This document shows positions 27,696-35,580 of a stretch of DNA of 64,000 bases, piece by piece. Every line of letters begins with the position of its first letter. The stretch's first letter is position 1. The notes under the pieces were generated by a model that did no database searches, was not told the origin of the DNA, and saw nothing but the letters and a program-made list of their open reading frames with translations. Made by a program: the position numbers and the translations under genes. The stretch comes from a virus. Taxonomy: Duplodnaviria; Heunggongvirae; Uroviricota; Caudoviricetes. The DNA is taken from IMG/VR virus record IMGVR_UViG_3300044984_001938. One strand, written 5' to 3'.

Positions 27696-27771
27696 GTGGG
27701 TGTGCGCTGAATAGTTAGGCACCTGACTGCAAATCAGTATAATGCAGGTGCAATTCCTGTCACCCACTCCA
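27696..27771 (+). tRNA. trnC: tRNA-Cys(GCA)
   Basis: CTGCAAA loop; U73; CCA. Confidence 0.88.
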
Positions 27772-27775
27772 GTTT

Positions 27776-27835
27776 TAGGATTCTTTCAGCAAGCTAAAAA
27801 TTTCTACCATTAATCAGAAAAAAAGCGAATCCTGT
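27776..27835 (+). ncRNA. CAGCA-family RNA, copy 5
   Basis: AGGATTC/GAATCCT stem, then CAGCAA. Confidence 0.65.
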
Positions 27836-27843
27836 TGTATATT

Positions 27844-27866
27844 GCCCTGGTGGCGAAATTGGTAGA
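27844..27866 (+). pseudogene. 5' fragment of split tRNA-Leu
   Basis: GCCCTGG plus a Leu-type D-arm; pairs with CTAGGGC at 29010-16. Confidence 0.7.
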
Positions 27867-27878
27867 GTTAATTATTTC

Positions 27879-27958
27879 GGGCGGCTGACATATGCAAATT
27901 GGTACAGCTACTGCGTTTAGACCGCAGGTTTTTCCGAGTTCGAGTCTCGGGCCGCCCA
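27879..27958 (+). tRNA. trnL: tRNA-Leu(UAG), no CCA
   Basis: CTGCG-TTTAGAC-CGCAG; 7-bp acceptor stem. Confidence 0.7.
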
Positions 27959-27960
27959 CA

Positions 27961-28860
27961 TTAAATAAGATTCTTGAAGACGGTCCAATCAAGTTGGTGT
28001 TTATTCAAGATGAGCACTCTTACGACATTGAATGTTTCAGCCCATTTGATTTTATCGCAGTCCATAAACCCGTGATACGGGTTTGGATTGTTTATCAAGA
28101 AATCATTTTTCGGGTCTAAGTATATATCATATTCTGGTAGATAAAAGTCAGGATAATATGTCCTAGGTTTACCTGTCGGATCGATATACCGAAGTCCTTT
28201 AGGCTTAATCCACTTAATATTATTTGCATCCATACTTTGAGCAACAGTGAGTTCATATGATGAACCTAACTTAACACCATTGTATTCAATGCAATTCTTT
28301 TTAATCCCTGCATTAGACTTATTGGCTGACATTAAAATTGATCTGCATGACAAAGAGCAACTTTTACTACTACCGGGAAAAAATTTATTACATGCACAAC
28401 ATTGTGCTATTTTGGTGTATAGAGGTTTTTCTACTTTGACTGGTTTGGGTTGTTTAGCGCGCCCACTATTATTAAGAATGGCAGATTCTCTACGCGAATC
28501 GTTCCCTAATTTACGAGAAGCATGGCCAGCAGGCCGCAGTTTGTTGGAGTTAACTGCTGAACATGATTGATTGCAAAATTTATTTTTTCTTTTGTCGTAT
28601 ATCAAGGGTGAATTGCATTGAGAACATCTTGCAGGGTGATCGGCATATGCACTGACGACTTTTGATCTTTTGCTGACACAATATTGTTTATATTTGGGTG
28701 CTGCTAATTTTCCAGCTAATTTAGCTCTTTCGGCCCCCTCAACAGTATGTGTTTTTATGAAATGGCTAAAAATTCCTCTAGCTGATTTGACTTCTCTGCA
28801 TCTGATGCAGGAAACAAGAGGTGATTTGAATTCTTTTTCTTCTGACATATATTTCTCCAT
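27961..28860 (-). CDS. PD-(D/E)XK (TnsA-like) homing-type endonuclease with Zn fingers
   Basis: YYPDFYLPEYDIYLDPK; CxxC repeats. Confidence 0.8.
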   Translation of the reverse strand: MEKYMSEEKEFKSPLVSCIRCREVKSARGIFSHFIKTHTVEGAERAKLAGKLAAPKYKQYCVSKRSKVVSAYADHPARCSQCNSPLIYDKRKNKFCNQSCSAVNSNKLRPAGHASRKLGNDSRRESAILNNSGRAKQPKPVKVEKPLYTKIAQCCACNKFFPGSSKSCSLSCRSILMSANKSNAGIKKNCIEYNGVKLGSSYELTVAQSMDANNIKWIKPKGLRYIDPTGKPRTYYPDFYLPEYDIYLDPKNDFLINNPNPYHGFMDCDKIKWAETFNVVRVLILNKHQLDWTVFKNLI

Positions 28861-28979
28861 GATAAATAGTTGCGAACCAGACAGCAATGACTCCATGCAT
28901 TGTTGATTACTCACTGATAATGCGTAATCTTATGGTTCAATTATATTTATCATTGGAAAATTTATTTCAAAAATAAAAT

Positions 28980-29020
28980 TCGCAAAGAGCGTGTCGGTTC
29001 GAGTCCGACCTAGGGCACCA
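28980..29020 (+). pseudogene. 3' fragment of split tRNA-Leu
   Basis: Variable arm, T-arm GTCGGTTCGAGTCCGAC, then CTAGGGC-ACCA. Confidence 0.7.
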
Positions 29021-29171
29021 AAAAACAGTTAACAACTACTGCAAAAGGTTGTATTAACACAAAGAAAGTAGATACTATATGAAACGAAAATCTCGTAAAC
29101 TATAGTGTCAATCGTAGACCCCGTATATGGTCAACTGGTTGGCACATTAAAGACAATTTAATATGCACAAC

Positions 29172-29246
29172 CCCTTCAAGATGTTTTGATAGCATACCGG
29201 ACTCTTAATCCGAGAAGGCTCAGTTTGACTCTGAGTGGAGGGACCA
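29172..29246 (+). tRNA. trnK: tRNA-Lys(CUU)
   Basis: CTCTTAA loop; CCA. Confidence 0.85.
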
Positions 29247-29250
29247 TATA

Positions 29251-29325
29251 CGGGGTATAATTCAATGGCTAGAATAACCGGTTTTTACCCGGTCTATCAC
29301 GGTTCGAGTCCGTGTGCCCCGACCA
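29251..29325 (+). tRNA. trnK: tRNA-Lys(UUU)
   Basis: ACCGG-TTTTTAC-CCGGT; CCA. Confidence 0.88.
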
Positions 29326-29408
29326 GATGCAAACACATTCCGCCTGTGCCGACACGATGAGAAACATAGGTTCAAGTAGTGTGTTTACATATGGTATTAA
29401 AGAATAAT

Positions 29409-29496
29409 GGAAGTGTGTCTGAGTGGTCTAAGGTGCCTGACTTGAAATCAGGCGTGTCGAAAGGCACCGTGGGTTCGAATCCTACCACTTCCGCCA
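29409..29496 (+). tRNA. trnS: tRNA-Ser(UGA) #2
   Basis: CCTGA-CTTGAAA-TCAGG; CCA. Confidence 0.93.
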
Positions 29497-29582
29497 ACTT
29501 AAAGTAGTAAGTCAATATGCCCGAAATAAGCAAGAAGCATTTGACTTAATAGAAAAAATGCAGTACAATACACAGATAGTAA

Positions 29583-29656
29583 GCCCTGTTAGTTTAATGG
29601 TAGAACTCCGTCTTTACATGGCGGTTGCGGCAGTTCAATTCTGTCACAGGGTACCA
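29583..29656 (+). tRNA. trnV: tRNA-Val(UAC)
   Basis: TTTACAT loop; CCA. Confidence 0.9.
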
Positions 29657-29665
29657 AGTTAGTAC

Positions 29666-29739
29666 GCGGGATTAGTTTAATGGCCAAATGAAACCTTGCC
29701 AAGGTTTAGTCAGGAGTTCGATTCTCCTATCCCGCTCCA
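29666..29739 (+). tRNA. trnG: tRNA-Gly(GCC)
   Basis: AAACC-TTGCCAA-GGTTT; CCA. Confidence 0.88.
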
Positions 29740-29752
29740 AATAATTTATAAT

Positions 29753-30298
29753 ATGGCCCATCAACAACAATTTGATTTTATTCAGCGATTGAAATTACAG
29801 TTCCCAACTCACTTCTTTAATAAGAAAGTGTTAGAAGTAGGTAGTCTAAACATCAACGGCACCATTAGAATATTCTTCACCGAATGTGATTATCTGGGAA
29901 TTGATGTTGGCCCAGGCAACGATGTTGATTTAGTATGTGAAGGTCAAAGATTAGATTACCCAAATGAAACATATGATACTGTAGGTAGTTGTGAGTGTTT
30001 TGAACATAACCCCTATTGGGTAGAGACATTTAACAACATGTACAGGCTGACTAAATCTACTGGTTTGGTGTTTATGTCTTGTGCTACAACAGGCAGAGGT
30101 GAGCATGGCACAACCCGTACTAGTCCACAAGATAGTCCGTTAACAGTTACAAATGGTTGGGAATATTACAAAAATTTAACTGAACAAGATTTCAGAAAAT
30201 ACATTGATATTGACAGTATGTTTAGTGAATATGAATTTCAAGTGGGTGCGCCGCATCACGATTTATATTTTTATGGCATTAAAAAGGAGATAGTATGA
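29753..30298 (+). CDS. class I SAM methyltransferase (type 11-like)
   Basis: VLEVGS, GIDVGPG, YDTV..CECFEH; start re-placed after the tRNA. Confidence 0.85.
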   Translation: MAHQQQFDFIQRLKLQFPTHFFNKKVLEVGSLNINGTIRIFFTECDYLGIDVGPGNDVDLVCEGQRLDYPNETYDTVGSCECFEHNPYWVETFNNMYRLTKSTGLVFMSCATTGRGEHGTTRTSPQDSPLTVTNGWEYYKNLTEQDFRKYIDIDSMFSEYEFQVGAPHHDLYFYGIKKEIV

Positions 30299-30513
30299 TT
30301 GAATCTAGGGCAAGGTACACTAGCCAAGAGGCTGTTGACATGATTGGTAATCGGTTTGAAATGGTGCTAATCGCATCAGCTAGAGCTAAGGAAATCAAGC
30401 GTGGGTATAAGTCTAAATTAGATCATCCCACAACTGCGGGACCAACTGTTATGGCATTGATGGAAATTGAAAAGGGTCTAGTTGGACGAGAGTACCTTAA
30501 ACAAGTACGATAA
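30295..30513 (+). CDS. rpoZ: RNA polymerase omega subunit homologue
   Basis: ARYT..A...IGNRFEMVLIASARA.EI...ALMEIEKG. Confidence 0.9.
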   Translation: MIESRARYTSQEAVDMIGNRFEMVLIASARAKEIKRGYKSKLDHPTTAGPTVMALMEIEKGLVGREYLKQVR

Positions 30514-30519
30514 TAATGC

Positions 30520-30759
30520 TAGGGATGGCTACAGCATACAAAAAACTACTCAACTCAAAGCTATAGAAGGTGGTCGCAGGGCACAGTAGAAATACTGTTC
30601 TAGAAATAGACGCTTAAGGAATGGATGACGGCACGGAAAGACATGCTATGTGTTCACTACAGAAAACCGAGTGTGAATAGTCAACATGAACTGTTGATAG
30701 GGTCTGGGTGCTTTAATTAACCAGACCAGAAAATAAACAAATTGGCACGATCATCCCGT
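30520..30759 (+). ncRNA. long CAGCA-family RNA
   Basis: GGGATG(G)/(T)CATCCC stem, CAGCA at the same spacing; fills the intergenic gap. Confidence 0.55.
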
Positions 30760-30767
30760 TAAATTAT

Positions 30768-31556
30768 ATGCAAGTTCTATTACAAGATATCAGTACATAC
30801 GAAACCCGAACAATCAGTCAAGCATGTATGCTTACTAATACAAAGGTACATCGTACTAGTTTGGGAATGTTACAAACCCTCTTTGACTTCAAAGCTGAAT
30901 TATGCCGAGGGGACTTAATGCCTGTTGGTAGTGTTGAATTTGTAAGAGAATGTTTTGAGATTATGGGTATTCACCAGGTGCCCTTATGGTACTCATACCC
31001 TAAGGTGTTGAATTCATTCTTACACAGGCGTATCGTTGTACGCAGCGAAATTTATGTACGAAACATGCTACAATCACAACTAATAGTGCCTGCATTAAGT
31101 CCGATCTTTATCAAGCCTGCTGCTAAGTTAAAGTTGTTCAATGGATTTATATTCTATCCCGATAAAGATAGAGCAGAGTACGATGAACATGATAGGGAGC
31201 AGTGGGATATTGTGATGGCTTCTCGTGGCAAGGAACTGATTTTTGTTAGCAATGTAGTAGACTTCATTAGTGAATGGCGCTATTACATTGATGACAATAA
31301 GATTGTTGGTTCAGCAAGATATGATGATGGTCCTGATGAGGCCTTATCGCCGGAACTCACTGTAGTACACCAGATGATTGAAGCAATGCAGACAGATCAC
31401 CCGTATACATTAGATGTAGGGAGACTATCAACTGGTGAGACCGCATTAGTAGAAACCAACGATGCATGGGCAATCGGTTTGTACAGTAGAGCATTAGAAC
31501 CCAAGGTTTATTTAAACTTTTTGGGTAAACGATGGAAATCAATTGTTGACAAGTAA
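30768..31556 (+). CDS. ATP-grasp protein, R2K/DUF4343-like
   Basis: PVGSVEFV, IFIKP, SEWRYYI, LDVG...LVETNDAWAIGLY. Confidence 0.8.
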   Translation: MQVLLQDISTYETRTISQACMLTNTKVHRTSLGMLQTLFDFKAELCRGDLMPVGSVEFVRECFEIMGIHQVPLWYSYPKVLNSFLHRRIVVRSEIYVRNMLQSQLIVPALSPIFIKPAAKLKLFNGFIFYPDKDRAEYDEHDREQWDIVMASRGKELIFVSNVVDFISEWRYYIDDNKIVGSARYDDGPDEALSPELTVVHQMIEAMQTDHPYTLDVGRLSTGETALVETNDAWAIGLYSRALEPKVYLNFLGKRWKSIVDK

Positions 31557-31574
31557 ACAAAACTAAGCTATAAT
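31546..31574 (+). promoter_or_regulatory. sigma70 promoter for the CAGCA RNAs and DUF2828 gene
   Basis: TTGACA-17-TATAAT. Confidence 0.85.
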
Positions 31575-31595
31575 ACATGCTTAGACACTGAGATT

Positions 31596-31729
31596 TAGGA
31601 TAGGTGCAGCAATCAAATTAATCAACTTGGAATGCTACTTTGACCCTGGACATCAAACTCCAGACTAAGTAGATAGAGTGGTTTCGACAGTTCCCCTCGA
31701 TAAAAGAAAAAAGTAGATAACTATCCTGT
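31596..31729 (+). ncRNA. CAGCA-family RNA, copy 7
   Basis: AGGATAG/CTATCCT stem, then CAGCAA. Confidence 0.65.
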
Positions 31730-31735
31730 TAAATT

Positions 31736-31795
31736 TAGGTTAGCATCAGCAACATAATTTGTGTCTGCTAGGACATTAAACTAGTATTAACCTGT
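31736..31795 (+). ncRNA. CAGCA-family RNA, copy 8
   Basis: AGGTTAG/TTAACCT stem, then CAGCAA. Confidence 0.65.
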
Positions 31796-31818
31796 TAAAA
31801 ACTAAGAAAGGAAACAGT

Positions 31819-33234
31819 ATGCAATTCGCAACAGCAATCGCTAATCAAGAGGCCCGCACTACTAATGGTATGAAGGCTCGTGAGTCAACAGCTAACTCGT
31901 GTGTTGACTTGTTCTACAACATCGGCGCAAGTCGTGGGAAAAACATTATCCCTCAATTCACCGCAGCTTATGTTGAAAATGCCGATCTGGCATTGCGTAT
32001 TGTTCAATGGGCACGTGATGTCCGTGGTGGCGCCGGTGAGCGTGAATTGTTCCGTCAAGTGTTGACTCACTTGGAAAAGACTAACCCAGCTGATGCCGCT
32101 CGCCTTATCACTAAGGTGCCTGAACTTGGTCGTTTTGACGATTTGCTAGTGTTCCAAACTAAGGAAATGAAGGATAAGGCCTACACCTTGCTTGGTGATC
32201 ACTTGCGTCAAAAGAATGGCCTTGCAGGAAAATGGACTCCTCGCAAGGGCAAGATCGCGGCTGAAATTCGTGACTTCTTCGGTATGAGCCCAAAGCAATA
32301 TCGTAAAACTTTGGTTGGTATGACGACCGTTGTTGAAACACAAATGTGTGCCAATGACTGGGATAACATCAATTACAGTCACGTTCCAAGTGTGGCGCAT
32401 AGTCGTTACAAGAAGGCTTTTGGTCGTCATGGTGCAACTTATGCTGAGTACATCACTAAGTTGGTTAAGGGCGAAGCAGGTGTGAAGATCAATGCTGGCG
32501 CAATCTTCCCGCATGATGTGTTGAAGGGTCGTATCGGTGGGTACGGTGTAACTGCTTGGTCAGTGACTGAGTTGGGTGCTATTGAAGCACAATGGAATGC
32601 ATTGCCTGACTATGTTGGTGACTCCAGCGTGTTGCCTCTAGTTGATGTTAGTGGCTCCATGAGTTGCAAGGCAGGCCAAAAGGGTGACACCACATGCCTA
32701 GAAATTGCGGTATCATTGGGATTGTACTTTGCTGACAAGAACAAGGGTAAGTTCAAGGACTGTTTCTTGACTTTCAGCGAAAAGCCAAGATTGATGAACC
32801 TTAAGGGTTCTATCAATGAAAAGATTGACCAAATGGTCGGTTCTGATTGGTGCATGAATACAAATCTACATGGTGCGTTCGTTCAAATTCTTAACACGGC
32901 TGTTCAGAATCATGTGCCTCAATCAGAAATGCCTGAAACACTGATGATTTTCTCTGATATGCAATTTGACCAATGTGTCAAGCATGATGACAGTGCTATG
33001 GAAATGATTGCCCGTAAGTATGCTGATGCAGGATACGAATTGCCTAAGGTAGTTTTCTGGAACTTGAATGCAAGCGGAAACGCTCCAGTCAAGTTTGACA
33101 AGAGCGGAACCGCTCTTGTGTCAGGATTCTCTCCAGCAATTGCTGCTAGTGTATTAGGTGCAGACCCAGACGCATTTAGCCCCGAGGCAATTATGCTTAA
33201 GGCCGTGATGAATAGTCGGTACGATTTAGCGTAA
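31819..33234 (+). CDS. DUF2828-type TROVE/Ro60-like protein with vWA domain
   Basis: TTNG..A, WARDVRGGAGER, LAGKWTPR, LVDVSGSM (MIDAS), FSDMQFD, VVFWNL, VSGFSP. Confidence 0.85.
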   Translation: MQFATAIANQEARTTNGMKARESTANSCVDLFYNIGASRGKNIIPQFTAAYVENADLALRIVQWARDVRGGAGERELFRQVLTHLEKTNPADAARLITKVPELGRFDDLLVFQTKEMKDKAYTLLGDHLRQKNGLAGKWTPRKGKIAAEIRDFFGMSPKQYRKTLVGMTTVVETQMCANDWDNINYSHVPSVAHSRYKKAFGRHGATYAEYITKLVKGEAGVKINAGAIFPHDVLKGRIGGYGVTAWSVTELGAIEAQWNALPDYVGDSSVLPLVDVSGSMSCKAGQKGDTTCLEIAVSLGLYFADKNKGKFKDCFLTFSEKPRLMNLKGSINEKIDQMVGSDWCMNTNLHGAFVQILNTAVQNHVPQSEMPETLMIFSDMQFDQCVKHDDSAMEMIARKYADAGYELPKVVFWNLNASGNAPVKFDKSGTALVSGFSPAIAASVLGADPDAFSPEAIMLKAVMNSRYDLA

Positions 33235-33290
33235 GCTAAATAGTTATAACACGGCGGATACCTCTGCGAAAGTACGTATATGTTCTCTAA

Positions 33291-33312
33291 AATACCCGGT
33301 TCGCCGGGTATT
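33291..33312 (+). terminator. hairpin after the DUF2828 gene
   Basis: AATACCCGG-TTCG-CCGGGTATT. Confidence 0.7.
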
Positions 33313-33355
33313 ACCATATATTGACAATAAATGGTGATTATGCTATAATACATCT

Positions 33356-33577
33356 ATGTATCAAGTAATAAGTAAAGAAAAAGAGCAATCGTTCCCGTCA
33401 CTAGCTTTAGCAATGGAACACGCGAAATTGATGAATGAGTTTGTCACCATTAAAAGTAACGATTTTGAAGTGTGCGGTATGTTCGGTGTAGATTCTATTG
33501 TAGATGGCAAGTGTCCAGATGGTGTAGCATATACATGGAATAAGGCAAGTCGCATAGGAGCGACAACACGTAGATAA
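33356..33577 (+). CDS. hypothetical protein
   Basis: ORF after a sigma70 promoter at 33322. Confidence 0.7.
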   Translation: MYQVISKEKEQSFPSLALAMEHAKLMNEFVTIKSNDFEVCGMFGVDSIVDGKCPDGVAYTWNKASRIGATTRR

Positions 33578-33589
33578 GGAGCAGGTACT

Positions 33590-33781
33590 ATGATAGTTGC
33601 AAAATTTGACGGACGTTGGGTTCACGTTGTAAAATTTATGCGTGATGTAGCTTTCAGTGCCGACAAAGACTGGTTTATGGTTAACTTTGATTTTGAAAAA
33701 GTTAAGCATAAGCGTGAACATTTTAAGTGGGTTCCTGCTAGTACCAAGTTCACCTGTATCAAAGAATTTGTAGGAGAATAA
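33590..33781 (+). CDS. hypothetical protein
   Basis: ORF with RBS AAGGAG. Confidence 0.7.
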   Translation: MIVAKFDGRWVHVVKFMRDVAFSADKDWFMVNFDFEKVKHKREHFKWVPASTKFTCIKEFVGE

Positions 33782-33782
33782 T

Positions 33783-33917
33783 GTGGCTCATAAACATCAA
33801 GGTCAACTTTCCCCCGCTCCACAATGGTGGAAACACTTGAAAGATTGGAAGCGAGTATTTTGGAAAACAGAACGTCAGGCACAAAAGCGTGACACACAGA
33901 AAAGAGAAAAAGAATGA
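33783..33917 (+). CDS. 44-aa hypothetical protein
   Basis: GTG start after GGAG; the stop overlaps the next ATG. Confidence 0.55.
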   Translation: MAHKHQGQLSPAPQWWKHLKDWKRVFWKTERQAQKRDTQKREKE

Positions 33918-34468
33918 AAACATGGATAACCTCTGATACACATTGGGGACACCAAAACATTATGAAGTTCTGTCCGGTATCACGGGCACGATTTCGCAAT
34001 GAAGTAGATTATATGAACGAAGCAATGGTTCGAGAATGGAACGATTTAATTGAACCCACAGACCTTGTTTATATTTTGGGTGATGTAGCATTCTTGCCTG
34101 CTCAAAAGGCAGCCGAATACATGAATCGTTGTAACGGCATTAAAATTTTAGTTGAAGGTAATCATGACCGTAAAGCATTGAACGATCCTACATTCCGCAA
34201 GTGCTTTAAAGAAGTACACAAGTATTTGGATATCAACTACAATGGAACTAAAGTTGTTATGTTTCATTATCCAATTGCTGAGTGGGATCAGATGCATCGC
34301 GGTGCTGTACATTTTCACGGTCACTTGCACGGTGGACCTAGTGGAATGGAAAAGTTCCGCTGTCGTGATATGGGGATGGATGCAACTGGTATGATTGCTA
34401 TCTCAATGGAAGATGCTATCAAAGACGCAATGAAGGGTGAAATTAAAGGACATCATGCTAAAAACTGA
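33914..34468 (+). CDS. calcineurin-like metallophosphoesterase
   Basis: SDTHWGH, LGDV, GNHD, FHYP, HGHLH. Confidence 0.93.
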   Translation: MKTWITSDTHWGHQNIMKFCPVSRARFRNEVDYMNEAMVREWNDLIEPTDLVYILGDVAFLPAQKAAEYMNRCNGIKILVEGNHDRKALNDPTFRKCFKEVHKYLDINYNGTKVVMFHYPIAEWDQMHRGAVHFHGHLHGGPSGMEKFRCRDMGMDATGMIAISMEDAIKDAMKGEIKGHHAKN

Positions 34469-35339
34469 ATTGAAGCAATATGTAGAAGACAATCCAAGGT
34501 TGGTTTCTATGAAGCCTGCTGGTGATGGTATCTTTGTGCTCAAATATCGCAAAAAAGTTTTTTACGATAACCTGTGGAACGAGTATCTAGAACACTGCCG
34601 TGGATCAGTAATTGATAAAGACTTTAATCTGATTGCTTATCCATTCCAGAAAATCTACAACTACGGTATAGAAAAGTCTGCACCAGTGTTGAGTCCAGAT
34701 ACAAAGGTTACCGCTTACCGCAAAGTAAACGGTTTCATGGTTGCATGTACATTTTACAACGGTAAACTGTTGGTGTCTACTACTGGTAGCACCAATGGCG
34801 ACTATGTTAACATGGCTCGTGAACTGATTGACGAAGCACGGTATCTTGAAGTTTGTAAGCGTTATGAAGGTTATACTTTTATGTTTGAGTGCGTTCATAA
34901 GAATGACCCACACATTGTTCCTGAAAAAGAAGGTATGTACATTCTTGGCTGGCGTGAAAATATCTGGCATAGCTCAGTGCAGCACGATACCTTTGCGCTA
35001 ATAAACTTTGGATATAGCTTTGGGTGTTTTGCTCCAGAAAGCGTAATAACTAATATGGCACGATTACAAGACATGGCTAAGGAATGCCGACATGAAGGTT
35101 TTGTTGCTTACACTGATGACGGAGTATCTTTTAAGATCAAGAGCCCATACTATTTGACTTCCAAGTGGGTTGCCCGTAATCCAAGAACAGACAAGTTGAT
35201 GCGTGAGGATTTCAAGAAGCAAATTGATGAAGAATATTATCCTTTGCTTTCTGCAATCCAAGCTGACATAGAATCATATACTGCAAAGACTGAGCAAGAA
35301 CGATTAGAGTGGGTGCGTAATTATATGGAGACAATATGA
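34455..35339 (+). CDS. RNA ligase, T4 Rnl1-like
   Basis: CRG...YPFQKIYN, KVNG (motif I), FECV, EGFV, FKIKSPYY. Confidence 0.88.
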   Translation: MLKTELKQYVEDNPRLVSMKPAGDGIFVLKYRKKVFYDNLWNEYLEHCRGSVIDKDFNLIAYPFQKIYNYGIEKSAPVLSPDTKVTAYRKVNGFMVACTFYNGKLLVSTTGSTNGDYVNMARELIDEARYLEVCKRYEGYTFMFECVHKNDPHIVPEKEGMYILGWRENIWHSSVQHDTFALINFGYSFGCFAPESVITNMARLQDMAKECRHEGFVAYTDDGVSFKIKSPYYLTSKWVARNPRTDKLMREDFKKQIDEEYYPLLSAIQADIESYTAKTEQERLEWVRNYMETI

Positions 35340-35569
35340 ACGAAGAATTTGACCGATTTGAGGAACACATGGCAAATGATGAAAGTCACTTGCCCGTGGA
35401 ACAACAAAGCCTAGTATTTCGCTTGCGTAAGCGGGCAGAGATTCGTAGGCAGATTCAAAGCCGCAAAAGTGTAGCTGAAGGTAAACCAGATCGTATTGCC
35501 GAATTGTTAGAAGAAGCGGCAGAAGAAATTGAGAGTTTAAAAAACACAATTAGTGGCAAGTGGCTTTGA
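35336..35569 (+). CDS. hypothetical protein
   Basis: 77-aa ORF within the operon. Confidence 0.75.
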   Translation: MNEEFDRFEEHMANDESHLPVEQQSLVFRLRKRAEIRRQIQSRKSVAEGKPDRIAELLEEAAEEIESLKNTISGKWL

Positions 35570-35580
35570 AGGAACATAAA

